A stretch of 25,539 nucleotides of DNA, from positions 1 to 25,539 of the forward strand of contig JBDRQF010000025.1 of the NCBI GenBank assembly GCA_043826435.1, in the 5' to 3' direction. The stretch's first letter is position 1. Every line of letters begins with the position of its first letter. The position numbers and the translations under genes were made by a program. This stretch comes from Elusimicrobiota bacterium. Its GTDB lineage: Bacteria; Elusimicrobiota; Endomicrobiia; CG1-02-37-114; JAHJSO01. Shown in pieces: positions 17,150 through 25,539 of the stretch. The notes below the pieces were generated by a model that saw only the letters and a program-made list of their open reading frames with translations, was not told where the DNA came from and did no database searches.

Positions 17150-18714
17150 AATAACTCCTCCGGGAATATATTTCCCCTGTTTAATATACAAGCCGTGTCC
17201 AGCGCCTTTTTTACGCCCGCCATCTGTTTCAGCCCGTCCCTGCCGAACATAACTTCCAGATACGGGTGTTTGATTTTGCCTACACCGTGCTCGGCGGAAA
17301 TTGTTCCGCCTAGTTCCACTGATTTTTTAGCGAACTCCAAGTGGAGTTCTTTCGCCTTTTTAAATTCCCCGTCGTTTTTCGGCAGTATATTCGTATGGAG
17401 ATGGCTTTCGCCTATGTGTCCGAACAGCGTCCATTGAAAAGCAGACGGCTCTAATTTTGACTTGTAATAGTCAATCAGAGACAGCAGTTTATTTTCAGGC
17501 ACGGCAATATCTGCTGAAATTTTATGCAGGGATGGATAAGCCCTTTTGTTTCTGGTTATTGTTTCGTTAATACCTTCGGGCAGGGCGTGTCTCATTGCCC
17601 TGATTTTTAACATGTCTTTTTCTTCAATCGCCGCCCATGAATTGTCAATTGACGATTTGTTTTCCGTAAGTAATTTATCAAGTGTGCCTGTGATTTGCTC
17701 AAGTGTTTCATCAGTGTATTCAAGTTCCAGAAGAATTGCCGCCTTTGCAGCGGAATCAAAATCAGGCACAAATGAATTTGCTCCTTCGTGTTTCTTTTTC
17801 TCTCTCAAAATGTTAAGTCCACCCGAGTCAAAATACTCAAAAACAAGGGCGGTATCCAGTTCTTTCCTTGCGGAGAAGAAGAAATTAAGAGCGTCCTTTT
17901 CCTCAGGGAAAAATGAAATAACGGACATTATGTTTTCGGGCCTTTTTGCAAGTGCGACTTCAATCTCGGTTATCACGCCAAGTGTCCCTTCAGAACCGAT
18001 GAACAGGTCAATTATGTCCATTCCCGGTTTTGCGTAATATCCGGATGCATTTTTTACTTCGGGCATTTTATATGTCGGGAGGGTTACAACAGAAGCCCCG
18101 CCGTCTAAAAATTCAATTTCAAATTGATTTTTATTGTCGGCAAATATTTTCCCTCTTTCTATTTCCAGTACTTCGCCATTTGTCAGAACAACCCTGAGGG
18201 ACCTCACCCATTTTCTTGTGGAGCCGTATCTGAAACTTCTCTCCCCCGAGGCATTCGTTGAGACAGTTCCTCCAATACGGGCACTCATTTCCGTTGCATC
18301 AACAGGATAAAAATATCCCCCATCAATTTTCTGGCTTTCTTTATGGAGTGTTTCAAGCACGACACCCGCCTGACACCTGACCCATATTTCGTCCTGCACC
18401 TTTCTTGTTCCCAGGATTTTGTCCATTTTTTCAACAGTTAGCACTGCCCCTGATTTTGGCACACAGCCACCTGTAACACCTGTTCTGCCATTAGAGATGG
18501 TAACAGGTATATTTTTTCCAGACATATCTTTCAGAAAATCAGCCACCTGTTTTTCTGTTTCAGCGAACGCCAGGTATTGAATCTCACCGGCAGAAAGTTT
18601 TGATTCGTCCTGCAGGTATGCGCTGAACTGCGAGACGATTGTGTCCCTGCCCTCAACCACCCTCATTTCCTGGTGTGTTTCGTTCTTCGGAAGAACACTT
18701 TTTATTGTATTCAT
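17146..18714 (-). CDS. FAD-linked oxidoreductase, GlcD/D-2-hydroxyacid dehydrogenase family
   Basis: GRTGVTGG, IGGTVSTNASG, KNASGY, FIGSEGTLGVITE, GHIGESHLH, SAEHGVG. Confidence 0.88.
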   Translation of the reverse strand: MNTIKSVLPKNETHQEMRVVEGRDTIVSQFSAYLQDESKLSAGEIQYLAFAETEKQVADFLKDMSGKNIPVTISNGRTGVTGGCVPKSGAVLTVEKMDKILGTRKVQDEIWVRCQAGVVLETLHKESQKIDGGYFYPVDATEMSARIGGTVSTNASGERSFRYGSTRKWVRSLRVVLTNGEVLEIERGKIFADNKNQFEIEFLDGGASVVTLPTYKMPEVKNASGYYAKPGMDIIDLFIGSEGTLGVITEIEVALAKRPENIMSVISFFPEEKDALNFFFSARKELDTALVFEYFDSGGLNILREKKKHEGANSFVPDFDSAAKAAILLELEYTDETLEQITGTLDKLLTENKSSIDNSWAAIEEKDMLKIRAMRHALPEGINETITRNKRAYPSLHKISADIAVPENKLLSLIDYYKSKLEPSAFQWTLFGHIGESHLHTNILPKNDGEFKKAKELHLEFAKKSVELGGTISAEHGVGKIKHPYLEVMFGRDGLKQMAGVKKALDTACILNRGNIFPEELL

Positions 18715-18772
18715 TGTTAGTAATATGTTATTCGTTCAAAAACTTGATTTTTTAGAACCAGTTACATGCTAT

Positions 18773-20164
18773 TTATTCCAGCGGTTTTACCAGATAACCC
18801 GGGTTGTTTATGACGGTGACGGTTTTACCCGGCAGGTATTTCGCCACCCATGTTTTGAGTCGTTCCTGTGCTGGTTGTCCCGCCTTTCCCCAGAATGCAA
18901 ACGGCAGGAGGTTCCAGTCGTCCCCGGGGATTCCATCCTGTATGATGTGTATATTTCCCCAGCCGACGTAGTTCAATATCTGGAATATGTCCACCGGTTT
19001 CTGCTTGCCTATTTTAAAGTCCTTGCTGACGACGTCAATTACTTTTGTCAGCGTCCGTTTAATCCCTTCCGTTTTGTCCGTATATTCGTTCAATGCATCC
19101 ATGCCTATTTTCATAAGGTTTTTAAACTCTTCATTTCCCCAGCCCTGTGCACAGGGGGCTACGGTCAAAATAATTCCACCCTTCCTTACCGTCCTGTACG
19201 CAGTATGTGTTGCCTTGCCCATCTGATATAGGTTTACCCCCCAGACACTCGCACCCGCAATGACTATGTCAGGCCGTTTTTCAACATAAACAGTCCATAC
19301 CTTTGTGAGAACATCCGCTGCCCTTTTGTGGCTTTCAAAAAGTTCGCCGCCTTCAAGATAAACAAGTTCATCGTCGGTATCAATGATTGACACGATGGCG
19401 TAAACTTCGCCGCCGCGCTTTCTGATTGCCTCAAGAATTTTTCCGACGATTTTCCTTTTTGTTTCAAAGACAGGGTTCTCATCCATAATGCCAAGTCCCA
19501 CATTTTTGGCAAAACCATCACTACCAAACATATGCAGGTGTTCGTAGGTTATCGTGTCAATGTCACACACGCCGGGACAGAATGCCTTGGGCCCGCCGGC
19601 AACCCCCGCGAAATAATGGTTTTCAACGTCGGTCAGCGGAATGACTATGTCCGAGTTAAAAACAACCGAATCAATTTTGATTTTCTGTCCGTCAATTTCA
19701 CCGACTTCAACATTGTTTTCTTTACATTTGTGTATTACATAATTAACCTTCTGAGGCATGCCCGCACCCAGGATCTTTTCCAGTTCTGCCGGTGTAGACG
19801 GTCTATGGCTTCCTGTTGCTATTACGATTTTTATTTTTTCCTTTGGAATTTTGTATTTCACCTGCAATTTTTCAAGAAGCGCGGGCAGAAGAATACGGGT
19901 ATGTATGTTCGGTCTGTCGTGGTCGTCAACTATAATGGCTACATTTCCCCCGCGATAATTATCCTTTACAATCCCCGACAGGGGTTTTATTTTGCCTATT
20001 GGTTCTTCAAGCGCCTTTTCAATACCCGAGTTAATGTCATCTAGGACAGGCATTTTCTCGGGGAGTTTCAGCGGGATGAATTTTTTTTCGTCAATCGTTT
20101 CCTGCGGTATAAAACCCGAAAGCGCCTCGTCCCCATAGTTTAAAACAATATCTTTAGATAACAT
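18773..20164 (-). CDS. LarA-family nickel-pincer-dependent 2-hydroxyacid racemase/epimerase
   Basis: IVDDHDRP, IATGSHR, HYFAGVAGGPKAFCPG, NLYQMGKA, PCAQGWG. Confidence 0.85.
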   Translation of the reverse strand: MLSKDIVLNYGDEALSGFIPQETIDEKKFIPLKLPEKMPVLDDINSGIEKALEEPIGKIKPLSGIVKDNYRGGNVAIIVDDHDRPNIHTRILLPALLEKLQVKYKIPKEKIKIVIATGSHRPSTPAELEKILGAGMPQKVNYVIHKCKENNVEVGEIDGQKIKIDSVVFNSDIVIPLTDVENHYFAGVAGGPKAFCPGVCDIDTITYEHLHMFGSDGFAKNVGLGIMDENPVFETKRKIVGKILEAIRKRGGEVYAIVSIIDTDDELVYLEGGELFESHKRAADVLTKVWTVYVEKRPDIVIAGASVWGVNLYQMGKATHTAYRTVRKGGIILTVAPCAQGWGNEEFKNLMKIGMDALNEYTDKTEGIKRTLTKVIDVVSKDFKIGKQKPVDIFQILNYVGWGNIHIIQDGIPGDDWNLLPFAFWGKAGQPAQERLKTWVAKYLPGKTVTVINNPGYLVKPLE

Positions 20165-21362
20165 TTTTCCTCCTCAGAAATTGAATCGTGCCCTCATCAT
20201 ACCCCAGTATATTTTTCAGCACGTCTTCCGTGTGTTCGCCTAAAAGAGGCGGCGGCGTCCGGATTGCCCCTGCCGTTTCGGAAAGTTTTACCGGTATGCC
20301 CGTGAGTTTTACCTTTCCTATTTTCGGATGGGGGATCTCTATGACCATTTCTCTCGCCTTTACCTGCGGATGATTCAGGACCCTGTCAAGCGATAGAATC
20401 GGTCCTGCCGGAATACCCTTTTCATCAAAAATTTTCAGCCAGGCATCAGTTGTTTTTTGTGAAATAATTTTGTTTATTATCGGAAATAATTCATTGCGGT
20501 TTTTTACCCTTTCAGGATTTGTAGCAAATTTAGGGTCTGATGATATATTCGCAGGAAATAAATCAGGAGATATTTTATTTAAGAGGGTGCAGAACTGGAT
20601 CCAGAGTTTGTCGTTCCCTATCGCTATGTTTATGTATCCGTCTGATGTTTCAAACGTCTCATAGGGACATATAGTCGGATGCTGGTTGCCTTTTCTCTTC
20701 GGGGTTTTCCCTGTTGTAAAATATATCCCCGCCTGAAAGGTTAGAAGCGATACCTGTCCGTCCAGCATTGACACATCTATTTTTTGGCCTTTCCCTGTTT
20801 TTTCCCGAGCGAGCAATGCAAGGAGAATCCCCTGGACAGCGTAAATCCCGGAGAGCAGGTCCGCCTGGGAAATACCCACTTTCATCGGGGGCTGATTCGG
20901 GTCGCCCGTTAAATCCATAATCCCGCCCATTCCCTGTACGACGAGATCGTATCCGGGTCTGAATTTTTCGGGACCTGTCTGGCCGAAGCCGGATATGGAG
21001 CAGTAAACAATCTTTTCGTTTAGTCGGGTGAGTTGCTCGTAGCCGAGCCCTAATTTCTCCGCTGTGCCCGGCCTAAAATTCTCTATAACCACGTCGCTTT
21101 TGGCGGCGAGTTGATAGACAATCTCCCTGCCTTTTTGTTCCTTCAGGTTTACAGTCACCGATTTCTTGTTCCTGTTTATTGACAGGAAATATGCGGATTC
21201 GCCCTCAACAAAAGGCGGGCCGAACGAGCGTGTGTCGTCGCCCCCGTCAGGGTTTTCTATTTTTATTATCTCCGCCCCGAAGTCGCCCAGAATCATCGTG
21301 CAGAAAGGACCTGCAAGCACCCTGGTCAAATCAAGAACTTTTATGCCGTCTAATGGTTTCAT
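20154..21362 (-). CDS. Family III (CaiB/BaiF) CoA-transferase
   Basis: PLDGIKVLDLTRVLAGPF, NRNKKS, ENFRPG, SISGFGQTGP, catalytic Asp in SQADLLSG, PPLLGEHT. Confidence 0.93.
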   Translation of the reverse strand: MKPLDGIKVLDLTRVLAGPFCTMILGDFGAEIIKIENPDGGDDTRSFGPPFVEGESAYFLSINRNKKSVTVNLKEQKGREIVYQLAAKSDVVIENFRPGTAEKLGLGYEQLTRLNEKIVYCSISGFGQTGPEKFRPGYDLVVQGMGGIMDLTGDPNQPPMKVGISQADLLSGIYAVQGILLALLAREKTGKGQKIDVSMLDGQVSLLTFQAGIYFTTGKTPKRKGNQHPTICPYETFETSDGYINIAIGNDKLWIQFCTLLNKISPDLFPANISSDPKFATNPERVKNRNELFPIINKIISQKTTDAWLKIFDEKGIPAGPILSLDRVLNHPQVKAREMVIEIPHPKIGKVKLTGIPVKLSETAGAIRTPPPLLGEHTEDVLKNILGYDEGTIQFLRRKNVI

Positions 21363-21367
21363 TTTAT

Positions 21368-21775
21368 TCAGCCCTCTTGCACAAGTTCTATTAACACCCC
21401 GTTGCATGACCTGGGATGGACGAACGCCACCCTGCTGCCGTGCGCCCCTTCCCGCGGTTTCGTATCAATAAGCGTATATCCCGCGCCTGCGATTTCCTTT
21501 AATGATTTCTCAATGTCGTCTGTGCTGAAAGCAATATGGTGGATGCCTTCCCCGTTCTTCTCAATGAATTTTGCGATGGGACTGTCCGGAGCAAGGGCCT
21601 CCAGTAACTCTATTTTCGTATCTCCCGCCACGAAGAATGCCACCCTGACTTTTGCCTGCGGGAGTTCTTCAACCCCCCTGAATTCAAGTTTCAGGATGTC
21701 CCTGTAGAGTTTAACGGACGACTCTATATTTTTTACCGCAAGCCCTATGTGTGCGACTGAAACATGTGTATTCAT
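21368..21775 (-). CDS. mce: Methylmalonyl-CoA epimerase
   Basis: HIGLAV, IELLE, GEGIHHIAF, GAHG, FVHP, GVLIEL; lies in the mutase cluster. Confidence 0.93.
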   Translation of the reverse strand: MNTHVSVAHIGLAVKNIESSVKLYRDILKLEFRGVEELPQAKVRVAFFVAGDTKIELLEALAPDSPIAKFIEKNGEGIHHIAFSTDDIEKSLKEIAGAGYTLIDTKPREGAHGSRVAFVHPRSCNGVLIELVQEG

Positions 21776-22470
21776 TTTGTCCGTTTATCCGCCGCAAGTT
21801 TTTCTATCTGGGTGACGAGTTCCCCTATCCCTTCCCCGAGTAACGCCGACGTTTCAACGACGGGTATGTTCAGCAGGCGACCCAGGTGTCCCGCATTGAC
21901 GTTTCTATTGATGTCAATCTTGTTTACGACAAGTACGTCCGCTATCTCAATAATCCCCGCTTTCAATAACTGGATGTCGTCGGTCGCATCAGGGGTCGTT
22001 ATAACCGCCACTATGTCGGCAATTTTGTCGACGGCGGTCTCGTCCTGGCCTGCGCCGACCGTTTCAACTATCGCTACGTCCTTCCCCGCCCTGTCAAAAA
22101 TCTTTATGGCCGTTTCAATGCATTCGGACAACCCGCCGGCAGAACCCCTGGTTGCGAAACTTCTTATGAAAACATTTTTGTCCGTTGCGTGTCTCTGCAT
22201 TCTTATGCGGTCGCCTAACAGAGCCCCGCCGCTCCTCGGGCTTGACGGGTCAACGGCAAGCACTGCAACCTTTTTGTTTTGCCTGCGGTATTCGTCAATA
22301 AGGCAGTCAACGAGAGTGCTCTTGCCGCAACCGGCTGACCCGGTAATTCCGACGGTAAGAATGCCGGGGGTGTGTTTTTTAAACCCCGCTATGCATCTCT
22401 TCCCGGCCGCCGTCATATCTTCAATCCCTGATATGTATTTTGAAACTTCAATGTCGGTAATGTGTTTCAA
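21772..22470 (-). CDS. meaB: MeaB/ArgK-family GTPase chaperone of B12 mutase (short form)
   Basis: GSAGCGKST, DPSSPRSGGALLGDRIRM, ETVGAGQ, NKID, ETSA. TTG start with GGAGG SD. Confidence 0.88.
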   Translation of the reverse strand: MKHITDIEVSKYISGIEDMTAAGKRCIAGFKKHTPGILTVGITGSAGCGKSTLVDCLIDEYRRQNKKVAVLAVDPSSPRSGGALLGDRIRMQRHATDKNVFIRSFATRGSAGGLSECIETAIKIFDRAGKDVAIVETVGAGQDETAVDKIADIVAVITTPDATDDIQLLKAGIIEIADVLVVNKIDINRNVNAGHLGRLLNIPVVETSALLGEGIGELVTQIEKLAADKRTK

Positions 22471-22491
22471 GAAAAACCTCCGCCGGACATT

Positions 22492-22893
22492 TTAACCGAA
22501 TTTCCTTTTCAAAAAATCCAGAATTGCCTGCGTTGTAGTCCCCGGACGGAAGACCTCAGTTATTCCCTTTGATTTCAGGTAGGTGATGTCTTCAGTTGGG
22601 ATAATCCCCCCTGCGAAAACGGTTATTTTTTTAGCCAGTTTTCCGCCTACGTTCTTTTTCAACAGACGGACGATTTCAGGCAGGAGAGTTTTGTGCGCCC
22701 CCGAAAGAATTGACAGCCCGATTGCCCGGACGTTTTCCTGTATTGCAGTCGCAACGATCATCTCGGGCGTCTGTCTTATGCCCGTGTAAATCACCTCGTA
22801 GCCCGCATCCCTCAGCGCCCTTGCGACGATTTTTGCTCCCCTGTCGTGGCCGTCAAGCCCCGGCTTGGCAATAAGTATTCTTACCGGACTCAT
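22492..22893 (-). CDS. Methylmalonyl-CoA mutase cobalamin-binding subunit
   Basis: [24 protein letters not shown]. Confidence 0.95.
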   Translation of the reverse strand: MSPVRILIAKPGLDGHDRGAKIVARALRDAGYEVIYTGIRQTPEMIVATAIQENVRAIGLSILSGAHKTLLPEIVRLLKKNVGGKLAKKITVFAGGIIPTEDITYLKSKGITEVFRPGTTTQAILDFLKRKFG

Positions 22894-24470
22894 TTGTATT
22901 CCCCAAATGTCCGTCGCAGAACGGATACAATTTCCCCCAGAGTCGCATATCTTTCAACGCAGTCAATTATTACGGGGACGAGATTCTCATTTGTCCCTGC
23001 AGACTTTTCCAACGCCTGCAGGGAAGCGGACGCGGCGGCATTGTCCCTTTTTGATTTTATCCTTTTAAGAAACTTCACCTGCGATGCCTCCGTTTTTGGA
23101 GAGACCTTTAACAGCCGCTTTGATTTTCCTTCTTTTGACACGTATTTATTTACGCCGACCACGGTTATTTCGCCTTTTTCAACCGCCTGCTGGTAGGCGT
23201 ACGCCGACTCCTCAATTTCCTTTTTCATAAACGAGATTGAGGATGCAGCCCCGCCCATGTCCCGTATCTTTTTAATGTATTCCGATGCCTGCTTTTCTAT
23301 TTTATTGGTGAGTGATTCAATTGCATAAGAGCCGGCCAACGGGTCAACTGTATCCGCCACCCCGCTTTCACCGGCGATAATCTGCTGAGTCCTCAGGGCA
23401 ACCCTTACCGACTCTTCCGTGGGAAGGCCCATCGCCTCATCATAAGAATTAGTATGCAGGGATTGTGTCCCGCCCAGTACCGCGGCGAGCGCCTGCATCG
23501 TTACGCGGACGATGTTGTTTTCCGGCTGCTGTGCGGTAAGCGTGCATCCGTCCGTCTGCGTATGAAAACGCAGCATCGCCGATTTCGGGTTTTCAGGGTT
23601 GAATTTTTCCCGGACGATTTTCGCCCAGAGCCGGCGTGCCGCCCTGAATTTTGCGACCTCCTCAAGAAAATTGTTATGGCATCCGAAAAAGAATGAAAAC
23701 CTCGGCGCGACACTATCAACCGGAAACCCTCTGCCGACGGCTGAATCCAGGTAGGCGATACCGTTTGAAAGCGTAAACGCCACCTCCTGAGCGGCCGTAG
23801 CCCCTGCCTCCCTCATGTGGTAACCGCTGACGGATATAGGGTTCCATTTCGGCAGGTGTTTTGTGCAGTACTCCAGTATGTCTGCGGAGAGGCGCAAGGA
23901 CGGTTCTGGCGGAAAGATGTATGTCCCCCGGGCTATGTATTCCTTGAGCATGTCGTTCTGCAGCGTCCCGCCTAAATTTTCAAAAGGAATTTTTCTTTTT
24001 TTTGCAAGAGCCATGTACATTGCGAATATAACGGCAGCGGTGGAATTAATCGTCATTGAAACCGTTACCCTGTCAAGAGGGATGCTGTCAAAAAGGACTT
24101 CCATATCGGCAATCGTGTCAATGGCTACACCGACCCTGCCCACCTCTCCCCTCGCCTGTTTGTCGGACGAGTCATAACCGAGTTGAGTGGGAAGGTCAAA
24201 GGCAACAGAAAGACCCGTCTGCCCCTGTTCAAGGAGATACTTATATCTTTTGTTTGTTTCCCTGGACGTCCCGAAGCCGGCATACTGCCTCATCGTCCAG
24301 AGACGCCCTCTGTACATCGTCGGCTGGACGCCCCTTGTGAACGGATACTCACCCGGGAAAGAAAGGTCGTTTTCATAAGAAAATTTTTCCAATTCCCTGG
24401 TGGCGGGTGAATATAAAACGTCAAGATCGGCATGGCTTGCCCTGAGGGGTGTTTTTTCCCGTTCTTTCAT
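22890..24470 (-). CDS. Methylmalonyl-CoA mutase substrate-binding (large) subunit
   Basis: [18 protein letters not shown] (Tyr), [14 protein letters not shown] (Arg), [23 protein letters not shown]. The Tyr/Arg pair indicates methylmalonyl-CoA specificity. Confidence 0.93.
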   Translation of the reverse strand: MKEREKTPLRASHADLDVLYSPATRELEKFSYENDLSFPGEYPFTRGVQPTMYRGRLWTMRQYAGFGTSRETNKRYKYLLEQGQTGLSVAFDLPTQLGYDSSDKQARGEVGRVGVAIDTIADMEVLFDSIPLDRVTVSMTINSTAAVIFAMYMALAKKRKIPFENLGGTLQNDMLKEYIARGTYIFPPEPSLRLSADILEYCTKHLPKWNPISVSGYHMREAGATAAQEVAFTLSNGIAYLDSAVGRGFPVDSVAPRFSFFFGCHNNFLEEVAKFRAARRLWAKIVREKFNPENPKSAMLRFHTQTDGCTLTAQQPENNIVRVTMQALAAVLGGTQSLHTNSYDEAMGLPTEESVRVALRTQQIIAGESGVADTVDPLAGSYAIESLTNKIEKQASEYIKKIRDMGGAASSISFMKKEIEESAYAYQQAVEKGEITVVGVNKYVSKEGKSKRLLKVSPKTEASQVKFLKRIKSKRDNAAASASLQALEKSAGTNENLVPVIIDCVERYATLGEIVSVLRRTFGEYK

Positions 24471-24485
24471 TGGTATTTACTCACG

Positions 24486-24618
24486 CAACCGTGTGTCATT
24501 ACGAGCGGAGCGAAGTAATCTCATGTTTCAATCGTGTGTCATTACGAGCGAAGCGAAGTAATCTCACGTTTCATTGATGTTGGGATTGCTTCGTCGCTAA
24601 CGCTCCTCGCAATGACAC
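24486..24618. repeat. REP-like palindromic element: two 43-bp direct units plus an inverted partner
   Basis: cgtgtgtcattacgagcg(g/a)agcgaagtaatctca(t/c)gtttca at 24490-24530 and 24533-24573. Inverted gggattgcttcgtcgctaacgctcctcgcaatgacac at 24582-24618. Confidence 0.85.
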
Positions 24619-24663
24619 TTCGTGTCAGATATTGTAACCTGCCGGGGCAGGCGGAGCAACCTG

Positions 24664-25539
24664 TCAGATGATGCCCGTCATTTTGTTGAATTCTACTATA
24701 AGTTTGTCCCACTCCGGAATCTGTGAAAACATCTCATCCCAGAAGTCAGGGTTCCACAGTTCATTCAGTTCTTCAACTGTCTTTCCCTGCTGTTCAACCC
24801 ATGTAAAATATTTCAGGTTATGGAGGGCTTTCCGGTCGTAGTGGTTGAGTTCCTTCGCCCAGTCAATGCCGACGCCGAGCAGGTATCTCTCAAGGTCAAC
24901 TATTGCATCCCTTTCGGAGTATTTGCCTTTCCCTTCTTCAAGTTCCTTAAGGCGCGACCCGTACATATCCGCTGAATCCGTGAGTACTGTAAATATCACG
25001 TCTTTCTCGTTGAATTCGTAGTATTTCGCAAGTTTTATTGAAGCCAACAGGTTGCAAATGCTGGATATGCCGAAGAGCGGGAGTTTGTCAATAAACTCCT
25101 TTTTCAGCCCCCGTTCCTGCAGCGTTTTTTTGCCTGCCGGTTCATTGAACAGCCGCAGGAGACGCATTGTGTTTTCGTCGTCAATCGCGACCACCATATC
25201 CGTATTGCGGACGTTGTGTATCCACGGAACGTGTTTGTCTCCGATGCCCTCTATGCGGTGGCCGCCGAACCCGTTCAGGTAGAGCGTAGGGCATTGTAAC
25301 GCTTCCGTTGCGGCGACCTTTATGTGCGGAGATATCTTTCTTAAATAATCTCCCGCGCCGATTGTCCCCGCCGAGCCGGTTGCGGAAACGTAGGCGGACA
25401 GCGACAGATTGCCGTCCTTTTTCTTCAGTGAGGCGAACACCTCTTCAATGGCGCTGCCCGTAATTTCATAATGCCAGCAGCAGTTCCCGAATTCGTCAAA
25501 CTGGTTAAATATTACGATTTTGTCTCCCCTTGTCTTTCT
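24664..25539 (-). CDS. Fold-type II PLP-dependent enzyme (cysteine synthase-like), 3' part; frame open to window edge
   Basis: IFNQFDEFGN..WHY..TG (read upstream of the ORF-track start), SATGSAGT phosphate loop, HRIEGIGD, GISS. Confidence 0.85.
   Translation of the reverse strand, partial: RKTRGDKIVIFNQFDEFGNCCWHYEITGSAIEEVFASLKKKDGNLSLSAYVSATGSAGTIGAGDYLRKISPHIKVAATEALQCPTLYLNGFGGHRIEGIGDKHVPWIHNVRNTDMVVAIDDENTMRLLRLFNEPAGKKTLQERGLKKEFIDKLPLFGISSICNLLASIKLAKYYEFNEKDVIFTVLTDSADMYGSRLKELEEGKGKYSERDAIVDLERYLLGVGIDWAKELNHYDRKALHNLKYFTWVEQQGKTVEELNELWNPDFWDEMFSQIPEWDKLIVEFNKMTGII

Noticed and set aside
21764..22495. 243-aa plus-strand ORF
   Set aside because: Antisense shadow of meaB.
22890..24470. 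Isobutyryl-CoA or 2-hydroxyisobutyryl-CoA mutase
   Set aside because: Specificity residues are Tyr (RQYAGF) and Arg (YIARGTY), the methylmalonyl-CoA signature.
24486..24618. Possible CRISPR array or cobalamin riboswitch upstream of the B12 mutase
   Set aside because: Only two abutting units with no unique spacers and no cas genes; no B12-box recognisable by eye.

Overview
All 25 genes lie on the minus strand and look like an anaerobic bacterial metabolic island (near-perfect sigma70 promoter, Shine-Dalgarno sites). Reading right to left: a partial fold-type-II PLP enzyme and a REP-like repeat, then a tightly packed ~17.5 kb run. That run encodes a methylmalonyl-CoA mutase module (large and small subunits, short MeaB, epimerase), a family III CoA-transferase, a LarA-family nickel-pincer racemase, an FAD-linked 2-hydroxyacid dehydrogenase, a split class I fumarase, MvhG-MvhA-HdrC-HdrB-HdrA-MvhD and an anchor-less fumarate reductase/succinate dehydrogenase FeS plus flavoprotein pair. 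An internal promoter then precedes aldehyde:ferredoxin oxidoreductase, beta-ureidopropionase, a hydrogenase maturation protease, an NCS1 permease, a carbonic anhydrase-like protein, PreA (no adjacent PreT) and dihydropyrimidinase (partial, missed by the ORF track). Main hypothesis (inference): a soluble, electron-bifurcating hydrogenase-heterodisulfide reductase-fumarate/succinate oxidoreductase system, possibly coupled to a ferredoxin-based route from thymine via methylmalonate to succinate and malate. Several intergenic gaps carry short duplications and hairpins.
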